NCBI RefSeq assembly: GCF_044704955.1
Contig: NC_091999.1
Span: 64,666,001 to 64,730,000 of the forward strand
Reading direction: 5' to 3'
Length of the DNA stretch: 64,000 nucleotides
DNA from: Pristiophorus japonicus
Lineage: Eukaryota
How positions within the stretch are numbered: the stretch's first letter is position 1; each line of letters begins with the position of its first letter. Made by a program: the position numbers and the translations under genes. Shown piece after piece: positions 53,591 through 64,000 of the stretch. Below the pieces are notes generated by a model that made no database searches, was not told the DNA's origin, and worked only from the letters and a program-made list of their open reading frames with translations.

Positions 53591-53908
53591 TGCCACCTTT
53601 TCGAATCAACATTAATTCAAGGCCCCGTCTGTCTGCTGAGTTGAACATAAATCAAAGCTAGCAAGGACACAGTTCAATGCACACCAACAAAAGCAGATGA
53701 ACAGATCATTCATCTCCTTGCTATTTGCTGTGCTCCAAATGCCTGCCGTACTGCTCCCACAAAGGGTCAATCAGCAGCTAATTCCAAGTCAGTTATTGGG
53801 TGTGTAGTGGTGAGGGCCGTTTGTGCAAAACAGTATAAGGCTCCGTATCGATACAAATCCCTTCCTACTGTAACAGGGTCGCTGCACCGTCTCCGTGAGA
53901 TCATTTAT

Positions 53909-54168
53909 TCCTGGCACCCTGGCGCTGGCACTAAAATATCCCTGCGTTTCCTTTGACGAGGCTGTGGAAGCCCGCCATTGTGATAGCCATGGTATCGCAG
54001 TGATCCCTGTGGAAGGAGTTGGCCATCCACCGCTGTCTGGGCACAGTCTGCAGCAGTGTGCTGTCCAAAAATGCGATCTGATAGTCATCCAGCATCGCCA
54101 CCAAACTCTACTCGGCAGCTCGGCCCGGCCATGGTTCAGGAGGTAGCACATTGCCAAAATATGTTCAT
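53909..54168 (-). pseudogene. MHC class I-like alpha1 domain exon (nonclassical, frameshifted)
   Basis: Acceptor TTCCTGTTTGTGATCTAGCAG, then (D)EHILAMCYLLNHGRAELP / 1-nt deletion and TAG near 54110 / SLVAMLDDYQIAFLDSTLLQTVPRQRWMANSFHRDHCDTMAITMAGFHSLVKGNAGIF*CQRQGAR. This fits the class I alpha1 signature H-x-L...LPEFxxVxxLDDxQxxxxDS...PRQRW. Length is about 87 codons; the donor appears mutated (AT in place of GT). Confidence 0.8.
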
Positions 54169-54809
54169 CTGCTAGATCACAAACAGGAACCAATCTCAAA
54201 AATCCTGTAGATTGTAAAGTAATTCATGGTGGAATTAGCAGCGGTTGATGCTAAAACTGCTTACAGCATAAGAAATAGCAGCAGGAGTCGACCAATCGGC
54301 CCTTGAGCCTGCTCCGCCATTCAATAAGATCATGACTGATCTTCGACATCAACTCAACTGTCCCTCCCACATTCCCTGATTCCCTTGTGCCCAAGAATCT
54401 ATCGGTCTCTGTCTCAGATATACTCATCGACTGACCATCCACCACCCTCTCGGGTTGAGAATTACAATGATCAGAGTTAGAATATTCTGTCCAATGGGAC
54501 ACCGGTTGATCAGAGGGATGGCAAGTTCATGGAGAAGGTGTGGAAGAGATGTTCTTGGGTGATCCCCGGGTGTGAGCGGGTTGTGTTATGAGGAAAGACC
54601 GGGATTATTTTCACTGGAACAGAGAAGGTCGAGGGGAGCGGATAGAGGGCACCAAACTCTCGAGGATTTGGTCAAGTAAAGCGAATCAACACTTTTCATT
54701 ATTTGGTGAATCAGTAACCGGAGGCCATAAATTTAACTTCACCACAGGGCAAAGGGGACAATTCAGAGCATTTATTTATAATGCAGAGGGCTTGTGGGAT
54801 ATGGGAGCC

Positions 54810-55095
54810 CTTCCCTTCTCCATCCCTTTTCCGTCCCTTTCATTCCTCTTCCCTTCCTTCCCCGACTGTCCCTATCCATGTCCCATTCCCCTCCCTTTCC
54901 TTCCCCGACCCTCCCTATCCATGTTCCATTCCCCTCCCTTTCCTTCCCCGACCCTCCCTATCAATGTCCCATTCCCCTCCCTTTTCTTCCCCTTCATTTC
55001 CCACTTCTTCCCTCTAGCCCCTCACTTCCGTTCCATTTCCCTTCCCTGTCGCTCCCTTCCCTTCCCTTCCCTTCCTTTCCCCCTCCATTTCCAGC
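54810..55095. repeat. Polypyrimidine (CCCTT)n-like tract, continued at about 55600-55710 after a minus-strand CR1 fragment (55098-55600)
   Basis: Direct inspection. Confidence 0.85.
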
Positions 55096-56003
55096 CATAA
55101 CATAAAACACATAAGAAATCGGAGCAGGAGTAGGCCATACGGCTCCTCGAGCCTGCTCTGCCATTTAATACGATCATGGCTGATCTGATCTAGGACTCAG
55201 CTCCACTTCCCTGCCCGCCCCCTTATCCCCTTATCGATGAAGAAATTGTCTATTTCTGTCTCATATTTATTGAATGACCCAGCCTCCACCGCTCTCTGAG
55301 GCAGCGAATTCCACAGATTTACAAACCTCTGAGAAAAGAAATTCATCCTCAACTCAGTTTTCAATGTGCGACCTCTTACTCTAAGATCATGCCCCCTAGT
55401 TCGGGTCTCCCCCATCAATGGAAACATCCCCTCTGCATGCACCTTGACAAGCCCCCTCATAATCTTATATGTTTCGATAAGATCACCTCTCATTCTTCTG
55501 AATTCCAATGAGTACAGGCACAAATACTCAACTTTTCCTCATAATTCAACCCCTCAACCCCGGAATCAACCTAGTGAACCTTCTCTGAACTGCCTCCAAC
55601 GTCCTTTGTATTCCCCTTTCCATGCTTGCCCTATTCTCCCTTTCCCTATCCCATTCCCCTCACTTTCCTTTCCCGTTCTCCCCTCACCTTCTCTGTCCCA
55701 TCCCTTCCCTTCTGAGGTACAGCTCTAATACTTCACACCCAAATGGCGATTCTTTGTGTGCGCACCATGACAAGAATTCTCAGTCCATAAGAAAACTGCT
55801 CTTTGCAAACATATGTGCAACACAAATTGTGACAGTGCCCATTGGCGTGTACAGGGATTAGCCTTGCAATGAATCGCTCACACACACCCAATGCAATGAA
55901 ATACTACAGGCTCATTGACTGCTCAAACACTATCTTTTGATACTCTCAGTCTCGGGGTCCCCTCAAATATTGCCCACAGATAGAAGCTGTTTGAATTGCT
56001 TAC

Positions 56004-56062
56004 CAGAGGAGACTGTGGACACATAGTAAACATTCAGTAAAGTAACAAGCAGTATGTTCTAT
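56004..56062 (-). pseudogene. Leader exon of MHC class I-like pseudogene
   Basis: ATAG (damaged start) followed by NILLVTLLNVYYVSTVSS and G|GTAAGC phase-1 donor. Splices in frame to the alpha1 exon giving VSS-DEHIL. Confidence 0.6.
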
Positions 56063-56389
56063 AGGCACCCGGGGCACTGATTAACCAGCAGAGAAGCAGC
56101 TGCAACACCACTCTGGCTGAAGCTACTTATTGGTGCTGAGGTGCAACACAACTGATAACCCTTAAAAGTGACACTGAAGGGACTTGTTCTGTTCACTGGT
56201 TTCTGGAGAGTGGCGCCTGCAATCTGCCTATAACTGCAGGGTTCACTCTGAGGCTTAACCCCATATTAACACTTAACCATCGCCCCTACTTGCACCTTCT
56301 GTATTTCAACCGTATATTATTTTCTCCTGCTTTCGCCCTCCCATTCTCTTCTCAATGCACTGACTCGCGCTGGCAATGGGTCAACAAAG

Positions 56390-56720
56390 AAAATCATTTA
56401 TATTGCGCCATCCACGAGCTCAGGACATCCCAAATGGCTTTACAGCCAATTAAGTTCTGTTTGGAGTGTAGTCACTGTTGTAATGTGGGAAATGCAGCAG
56501 CCAGTTTGTGCACAGCAAGCTCCCACTAACAGCAATGTGATAATGATCAGATTCTCTGATTTAGTGATGCTGGTTGAAGGATAAATTTTTGCCTGGACAG
56601 CAGGGAAATCGTCCCTTGCTCTTCTTCGAAGTATTGCTATGGAATATTTTGTGCCCACCTGAGAGGGCAGACAGGACCACGGTTTAATGTCTCATCCGAA
56701 AGACGGCATCTCTGACAGTG
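56390..56720 (-). mobile_element. Deu-domain-type SINE
   Basis: GTGTAGTCACTGTTGTAATGT...CACAGCAAGCTCCCAC...GGTTTAATGTCTCATCCGAAAGACGGCA. Confidence 0.75.
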
Positions 56721-57269
56721 CAGGAGTAGGCCATAGGGCCTCTCGAGCCTGCTCCGCCATTCAATAAGATCATGGTTGATCTTCTACTGATATCCACTTT
56801 GCTGTTCTATCGTTTGATTCCCTTGTGCCCAAAATTCTAGCGTTCACAGTCTCGAATATACTCATCGACTGACCATCCACAGCCCTCTCGGATAGAAAAT
56901 TACAAAGATCAGAGTTAGAATATTTTGGACAATGGGACACTGTTTGTTCAGAGGAATGGCAAGCTCATGGAGAACGTGTGGAAGAGATTTTCTCGGGTGA
57001 TCCCCGGGTGTGAGCGGGTTGTGTTATGAGGACAGATCGGGATTATTTTCACTGGAACAGAGAAGGCCGAGGGGAGCGGATAGAAGGCACCAAACTCTCG
57101 AGGTTTTGGTCAAGTAAAGAGAATCAACACTTCTCATTGCTTGGTGACTCAGCAACCAGAGGCCATACATTCAACTTCACCACATGGACAAAGGGAGCAA
57201 TTCGGATCAGTTATTTATAGTGGAGAGGGCTGTTGGGATATGGAAGCTGGGATATTCTGTTCCCACTCG

Positions 57270-57815
57270 GAGCTGGCATCAGCCCACACTGGCATATTCC
57301 TCACCCTGATTCTCCCAGCACCCTGAGCGGGCACCAGCCCACACTGGGATATTCCTCATCCTGATTCTCGCAACACCCGGAGCGGGCACCATCCCACACT
57401 GGGATATTCCTCATCCTGATTCTCCCAACACTCGGAGCGGGCACCAGCCCACACTGGGATATTCCTCATCCTGATTCTCGCAACACCCGGAGCGGGAACC
57501 ATCCCACACTGGGATATTCCTCATCCTGATTCTCCCAACACTCGGAGCGGGCACCAGCCCACACTGGGATATTCCTCATCCTGATTCTCCCAACACCCGG
57601 AGCGGGCACCAGCCCACACTGGGATATTCCTCATCCTGATTCTCCCAACACCCGGAGCGGGCACCAGCCCACACTGGGATATTCCTCACCCGGATTCTCC
57701 CAGCACCCTGAGCGGGCACCAGCCCACACTGGGATATTCCTCACCCTGATTCTCCCAACACTCGGAGCGGGCACCAGCCCACACTGGGATAATCCTCCCC
57801 CTGATTCTCCCACCA
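57270..57815. repeat. 55-bp minisatellite (about 10 units)
   Basis: Unit CCCACACTGGGATATTCCTCATCCTGATTCTCCCAACACCCGGAGCGGGCACCAG; period 55 (e.g. 57338 and 57393). Confidence 0.95.
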
Positions 57816-58431
57816 CAGCTTGGTGCAGTGGCATCTTCCAATACGCCAATGTATTCTAATTAAGACACATGAAAACACAGCCAGTATTACTGTCTCTGGC
57901 ACCAGCTGAAGTATTGCAGAATCAGCAGCTAATACTCCCCCATAATCGGACACACACACACAGTTCACTGCGGCCTTGCCTCACTGAGAGACTACAATAA
58001 ACGGGCAGTGTTTGCCCAGAAATAAAAGTCAATCTTGGGCCTGAGCAACACATTGGACAGTGCCAAAGTCCACAGTGTTTCTGTGAGGTGAAGGTGGGGC
58101 TGGGGGAACAGGGTTAGAATATGCTTCCACCTCGGTGTCACCTTGCTGAAATAGCACAAGGAGTTTGCAAAATAATTTACCTTTATATAGCGCCTTTCAC
58201 CAACTCAGGACGTTCCAAAGCTGTGCAGTTAATGAAGTAATTTTGAAGTGTATTCACTGGCCTAATGTAAGAAACATCATTGATTTTATGTGGAGTAGTT
58301 TGATACTGGGGCTAGAAGGGTGAAAATTTGAGGACGGGTTGCACAGATTCGGGTTGTTTTCCCTACTTTACAATACTGTGAGCGAGGACTGGACAGGACT
58401 CGGTCTAACCCAAGGTTGTCTCTGTTTGCAG

Positions 58432-58814
58432 TCGGAGCCAAGACCCGCCCTCGAGTCTACCTACTTCCCCCTTCACCGCAAGAGATGGAGACATATCGGA
58501 CGGCGACCCTGGTGTGCCTGGTCACCAGGTTCTTCCCCGCGGAGGTCTACGTGGCCTGGAATGCCAACGTCACCCTTGTGAGGTCAGGGTTGGTGATCCA
58601 GGCACTGAGCTAGGACGGCACCAACGGCTGGAACTCGGTGTCCAGTCAGCTGACGGTCCCCACAGAGCAGTGGGACAGGGGCACCACCTTCTCCTGTGTG
58701 GTGGGGCATGAGTCTCTTACCACTAGCCTGATTAGGAGCATCAATAAATCACAGGGTAAACCCACCCTGGTCAATGTCTCACTCGTTCGAACCGATAGCT
58801 TTTAATCCTGCTGA
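58432..58814 (+). pseudogene. Terminal IgH constant exon with secretory tailpiece (IgW-like; IgNAR C5 not excluded), pseudogenised
   Basis: TCTGTTTGCAG acceptor; GAKTRPRVYLLPPSPQEMETYRTATLVCLVTRFFPAEVYVAWNANVTLVRSGLVIQALS*DGTNGWNSVSSQLTVPTEQWDRGTTFSCVVGHESLTTSLIRSINKSQGKPTLVNVSLVRTDSF*SC*. Stops at 58611 and 58803. Cryptic membrane-form donor G|GTAAA at 58755/58756; tailpiece NVS sequon and terminal Cys present. Confidence 0.9.
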
Positions 58815-59158
58815 TACCATCCAGTGATTTCATCAATCTTCGCCCCCCATATATATATCTAGTTATATAATCCCTGTAAATGGCTGGTTCACCCAACCAC
58901 AGGGTGGCTGTGCTCACTCTGAAATCTCCCTTCTGCTAGTAGAATGCTTAAAACTCTGATCACAATCCGATCTCCTTCATTAAGAAAATAATGTGCCGTC
59001 AAGGATCAAATCGGGCAACAAACATCATCTCCAAATCTTTGAAAGACTGGAGTTCCTTTTGAAACGTTGTTGTGCCGGGTTTGATCCAGTTTGAAACTTG
59101 TGAGACAACACCAAGTGTTAAATCGATGTTGCAAAGTGTCAATGTAACCATCCAAATC

Positions 59159-59164
59159 AATAAA
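59159..59164 (+). terminator. Polyadenylation signal of the secretory IgH exon
   Basis: AATAAA about 345 nt after the stop, followed by a GT/T-rich downstream element. Confidence 0.6.
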
Positions 59165-59204
59165 ACAGATGTGACAAGGTTTCAGCTTTGGGTGTTCATT
59201 GTTG

Positions 59205-59495
59205 GTGTGTTTTTTTAAATGGGACAGGGGGTGGGGCAGTGCAGTGTGTTTGGGTAAATGGGACAGGGGGTGGGGCAGTGAAAAGTGTTTGGGTAAATGG
59301 GACAGGGGGTGGGGCAGTATAGTGTGTTTGGGGAAATGGGACAGGGGTTGGGGCAGTGTAGTCTGTTTGGGTAAATGGGACGGGATGGGGCAGTATCGTG
59401 GGTGTGGATTTATGGGACAGGAGATGGGGCAGTATCGTGTGTGTGTGTAAATAGACAGTGGGTTGGGCAGTATCGTGTATTTGGGTAAATGGGAA
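59205..59495. repeat. 39-bp G-rich minisatellite
   Basis: Unit GTGTGTTTGGGTAAATGGGACAGGGGGTGGGGCAGTNNA, about 7 copies. Confidence 0.9.
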
Positions 59496-59994
59496 TGTGT
59501 AGTAGATTAAGGGGTGCTGCCATTCAGATGATTAAAGAATATGATGGTGGATGGAGAGAAAGTATTTCCTCTGGTGGGTGGACCCAGAACAAGGGGACAT
59601 AATCTTAAATTAGAGTCAGGCTGTGCAATATATTTACTTCACGGGTTCTTTGCTCAAGAATTCATAGCAACACATTGCTATTAAGAACTAGTTGGTTTAT
59701 TAGCAAAGGTTTAACAATCACACTACACATTACCAGTTCATCCACCACGCTCACAATCACCTGCCTCGTCGTGGATCCCAGGAACCCAACTGGCTGGGGA
59801 TTTGTTGAGTCTTGTGAACATCACTTGACTGGCTAACCTGTGAACATACTCGCCAGTGCATCCATTGCAGGCTGTTCAGGGCGAAAGCCAGGAAGCACAT
59901 CTTCACACAAAGGGTCGTGGGACTGTGGAACTCTCGCCCAAAAATTGCTTTTGAGGCTGGGGGTGAACTAAAAATGTTAAAACTTAAACATTTT

Positions 59995-62215
59995 TTTATT
60001 CATCCATGGGACTTGGGTGTCGCTGGCAAGGCCGGCACTTATTGCACATTCTTATTTGCCCTTGAGTAGGTGGCGGTAATCCGTCTTCTGGACCCGCTCC
60101 AATCCGTGAGATGAAGGTTCTCCCACAATGCTGTTGTGGAGGGAGTTCCAGGATTTTGACCCAGCAACGATAAAGGAACGGCGATATATTTCCAAGCCAG
60201 GATGGTATGCGACTTGGAGCGGAACTTGCAGGTGATGGTGTTCCCATGCGGCTGCAGCCCCTGTTGTAGGCAGTAGAGGTCGCGGGTTTCGCAGGTGCTG
60301 CCGAAGAAGCCTTGGCAAGATGATGCAATGAATATTGTAGATGGTACACACTGCAGCCACAGCACACCGGTGATGGCGGGAGTGAATGTTTAGGGTAGTG
60401 GATGCGGTGCCAATCAAGTGGTTGCTTTGTCCTTAATGATACCGAGGTTCTTAGTGTTGTGGCGGGCAAGTGGAGGCAAGTGCAGGCAAGTGGAGAGTCC
60501 TGCATCACACTCCTGACTTATGGAAAGGCTTTGGGGAGTCAGGATGTAAGTCATTCACTACAGAATACACAGCCTCTGACCTGCACTTGCAGTCGCATTA
60601 TTGATATGGCTGTACCAATTACGTTTCTCGTCAATGGTGACCCCCAGGATGTTGATGGTGGGGGGTTCGGTGATGGTAATGCCTTTGAATGTCAAGGGGA
60701 GGTGGTTAAATTCTCTCTTGTTGGAGATAGTCATTGCCTGGCACTTGCCTGGTGCAAATGTTACTTACCACTTATTAGTCCAAGCCTGAATGTTGTCCAG
60801 GTTTTGCTGCATGCACGCATAGACTGCTTTGTTATCTGAGGAGTTGCGATTGGAACGGAACCCTGGGCTATTATTAGCAAACATCCCCACTTCTGATCTT
60901 ATTATGGAGGGTAGGTCATTGCTGAAGCAGCTAAAGATAGTTGGACCTAGGACACTGCGATGAGGAACTCCTGCAGCAATGTCCTGGGGCTGAGATGATT
61001 GGCCTCAAACTACCACAACCATCTTTCCTTGTGCTAATTCCAGACAGCAAATAGTTTTCTCCTGATTCCCATTGACGTCAATTTTACTAATGCTCTTTGG
61101 TACCACACTCGGTCAAATGTCGAAGACAGTATCTCTCACCTCACCACTAGCATTCAGCTCTTTTATCCATGTTTGGACCAAGGCGATAATGACGTCTGGA
61201 GCCAAGAGGCTCTGGCAGAATTCAAATTGAAAATTGGTGAGCAGGTTATTGGTGAGTAAGTGCCGCTTATTTGCACTGTTGATGACACCTTCTATGTATT
61301 TGCTGATGATTGAGAATAGGCTGATGGGGCGGTAATTGGATGAATTGGATTTGTCCTGCTTTATGTGGACAGGCAATTTTCCACATTGTCGGACAAATGC
61401 CGGTGTTGTAACAAAACTGGAATATCCTGACCAGTGGTGCGGCTAGTTCTGGAGCTCAAATCTTCAGCACTACAGCCGGGATGTTGTCCGGGCCCATATC
61501 CTTTGCTGTATCCAATGCACGCAGCTGTTTCTTGATACCACATGGAGTGAACCGAATTGGATGAAGACTGGGTTTTCTGAATCCATCCCATTTAGCACAG
61601 TGGTAGTGCCACACAGCACAATGGAGGGTAACCTCAGTGTGAAGGCGGAACTTTATCCCCACAAAGACTGCAGTGGTCACTCCTGCCAATACTATCATGG
61701 ACAAATTCATCTGCAACAGGTAGTTTACTGAGGACGAGGTAAAGTAGGTTTTTCCCTCATATTGGTTCTCTCACCACTTGCTGCAGGCCCAGTCTGGCAG
61801 TTATGTCCTTCAAGACTTGGCCAGCTCGGTCAGTAGTGCGCTCGTGGTGATGGACATTGGACTCCCCCACCCAGAGTACGTTCTGTGCCCTTGCTACTCT
61901 CAGTGATTCTTCCAAGTGGTGTTCAACATGGAGGAGCACAGAATCAATAGCTGAGGGAGGGCAGTAGGTGGTAATCAGCAGGAGCTTGCCTTGCCCATGC
62001 TTGACCTAATGCCATGAGACTTCAAGGGGTCAGAAGTCGATGTTGAGGACTCTTATGGCCACTCGGTCCCGACTGTATACCACTGTGCTGCCACATCTGG
62101 TGGGTCTGTCCTGCCAGTGGGACAGCACATACCCAGGGCTGGTGATGAAAGAGTATGGGAAATTGGCTGAAAGGTATGATTCGTTGAGTATGACTGCGTC
62201 AGATTGTTGCTTGAG
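59995..62215 (-). mobile_element. CR1/L2-superfamily LINE of a distinct family, internally deleted
   Basis: Endonuclease remnants, MGPDNIPAVVLK, NYRPISLFSIISK. Related 3'-end pieces occur at about 85-250 and 1610-1795. Confidence 0.8.
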
Positions 62216-62625
62216 TGTCAGCAAGTGGCTTAGTGGGCAGCACTCTCACCTCTGCGTCAAAACGGTGTAGGTTCAAGTCCAACTCCAGGGACTTGAGCAC
62301 TTAAATCCAGACTGACACTCCAGTGTAGTGATAAGGGAGTGCTGCACTGTTGGAGGTGCCATCTTTTGGATGAGGCTGAAATCAAGGTCTCTCAGGTGGA
62401 CGTAAAACATCCCACGGCACTGTTTCGAAGAAGAGTGGGGGAGTTATCCCTGGTGTCCTGGTTAATATTTATCTCTCAACATAACAACAAAAACAAATTA
62501 TCAGGTCATTATCACTGTGCTGTTTGTGGGAGCTTGCTGTGCACACATTGGCTGCTGCGTTTCCCACATTACAACAGCGACTACACTCCAAAAGTTCTTC
62601 ATTGGCCGTAAAGCACCTTGAAACG
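62215..62625 (+). mobile_element. Deu-domain-type SINE, near full length
   Basis: tRNA-like head with GGTTCAAGTCC B box, core and CATTACAACAGCGACTACAC tail. Confidence 0.8.
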
Positions 62626-63725
62626 TCATCATCATCATCGGAATCGAGGAAGACGAGCTTCCACTCCCAAAGTGAGTTCTCTGGTAACTGAACAGTCCGA
62701 TACAAGAGCCACAGACCCTATCACAGTTGGGACAGACATTCGTCGAGGGAAAGGGTGGATGGGGCTGGTTTGCCGCGCGCTCCTTCCGCTGTCTGCCCCT
62801 AACCTCTTCACGCTCTTTGCGTTGCGACTCGAAGAACTCAACGCCCTCCCGGATGCACTTTCTCTACCTCAGGCGGTCTCGACCAGTGTCTCCTCGATGT
62901 CAGTGGTGAAGTCGCACTTTACCAGGGAGGCTTTGAGGGTGTCCTTCTAACGTTTCCGCTGTCCTCCTTTGGCTCGTTTACTATGAAGGAGCTTCGCATA
63001 AAGCATTTGCTGAGGGAGTCTCGTATCTGGCATGCAAACTATGTGGCCTGCCCAGCGTAGCTGATCGAGTGTGGTCAGTGCTCCAATACTGCGGATGTTT
63101 GCGTGGTCGAGGACACTGATGTTGGTGCGCCTGTCCTCCCAGGGGATTTGCTGCATCTTGTGGAGACATCGTTGGTGATATATCTCCAGTGACTTGAGGT
63201 GCCTTCAATACATCGTCCAAGCCTCAGATCCATACAGGAGGGTGGGTATTACTATAGCCCTGTAGATCATCTCTCGCCTGCTTCACGATAACATGCTAGC
63301 CGTGATCCTTACAAACGGATCCATTACAGACCCAATTCACGTCCGGACCGGAGTCTAACAGGGCTGCGTCATCACCCCAACCCTCTTCTCAATCTTCCTC
63401 ACCGGCATGCTCCACCTCACAGTCAACAAGCTCCCCGCTGGAGTGGAACTAAACTATAGAACCATTGGGAAGCTGTTTAACCTTCGTCGTCTCAAGGCCA
63501 GGTCCAAGACCACGCCGATCTCTGTCATTGAGCTGCAGTATGCGGACGACGCCTGTGTCTGCACACATTCTCAGGCTGAACTCCAGGATATAGTCAATGT
63601 ATTCACTGAGGCACATGGAAGTGTGGGCCTTATGCTTAAAATCCGTAAGACAAAGCTCTTCCACCAGCCTATCCCCGCCGTTTAGCACTGCCCACCAATC
63701 ATCAAGATTCATGTCGCGGCTCTCG
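62626..63725 (-). mobile_element. RTE-clade LINE with inverted 5' segment
   Basis: Minus-strand 3' part (LLYGSEAW, QLRWAGHIV, GGQRKR, (TGA)n tail at 62626) joined at about 63269 to a plus-strand RT piece (QGCVITPTLF, LQYADDA). Confidence 0.85.
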
Positions 63726-63744
63726 ACATGTGGACCCCTTCACC

Positions 63745-64000
63745 CACCGCCCACAGTACTGAGAGACGGGGGCTGCCCCTTCACCCACCTCCTCCCCACC
63801 ACACTGAGAGATGAAGGTATCCCCTTCAACCCACCAACAACACTGAGAGATGGGGGCTTCACCCCGCCCCGCACAAAACTGAGAGACGGGAGCTCGCATT
63901 CATCCCCCCCCGCACAACACTGAGAGACAGGGGCTCCCCTTCACCCCCCCCCCCACAACACTGAGAGACGGGGGCTCCCCTTCACCCCCCCACAACACTG
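63745..64000. repeat. C-rich minisatellite (unit about 36-40 bp, CACTGAGAGACGGGGGCTCCCCTTCACCCCCC)
   Basis: Tandem units continue to the window edge. Confidence 0.9.

Noticed and set aside
52638-53615. 325-aa and 287-aa ORFs as genes
   Set aside because: Artefacts of a 33-bp tandem repeat.
57270-57815. CRISPR-like array
   Set aside because: Head-to-tail 55-bp units without unique spacers, in vertebrate DNA.
57885-57945. Alternative leader exon (MGEY*LLILQYFSWCQR) for the class I-like gene
   Set aside because: In-frame stop and wrong splice phase; 56004-56062 fits better.
58071-58077. CACAGTG as an RSS heptamer
   Set aside because: No nonamer and no adjacent V/D/J-like coding segment.

Overview
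Repeat-rich vertebrate genomic DNA, almost certainly from a shark: it holds an IgNAR gene and shark-type CR1 LINEs, Deu-domain SINEs, Gypsy, RTE and Penelope debris. (1) The main gene is an IgNAR heavy-chain-only antibody locus on the minus strand. It has an octamer/TATA promoter, leader (9244-9202), V (9067-8735), C1 (7152-6835), C2 (5608-5306) and C3 (5230-4913). All exons are open with canonical phase-1 GT/AG junctions; C4, C5 and TM are not in the window. The V exon is already V(D)J-joined in genomic DNA, with a fixed CDR3 (C-RAYCTDWIIKDEN-YGAGT) and no RSSs. This makes it a candidate germline-joined, invariant IgNAR, with an unpaired CDR3 cysteine. (2) About 43-47 kb away on the same strand, and not evident from the ORF track, is a decayed nonclassical MHC class I-like gene with leader, frameshifted alpha1 and a probable TM exon. 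(3) An orphan IgW/IgNAR-type terminal constant exon with secretory tailpiece and two stops lies on the plus strand at 58432-58814. The rest is mostly retroelements: a 3'-truncated Gypsy element, a retroviral env-like remnant, a near full-length chimeric CR1, many CR1 fragments and several minisatellites. All protein comparisons are from memory; no database searches were run. Repeat boundaries are approximate.
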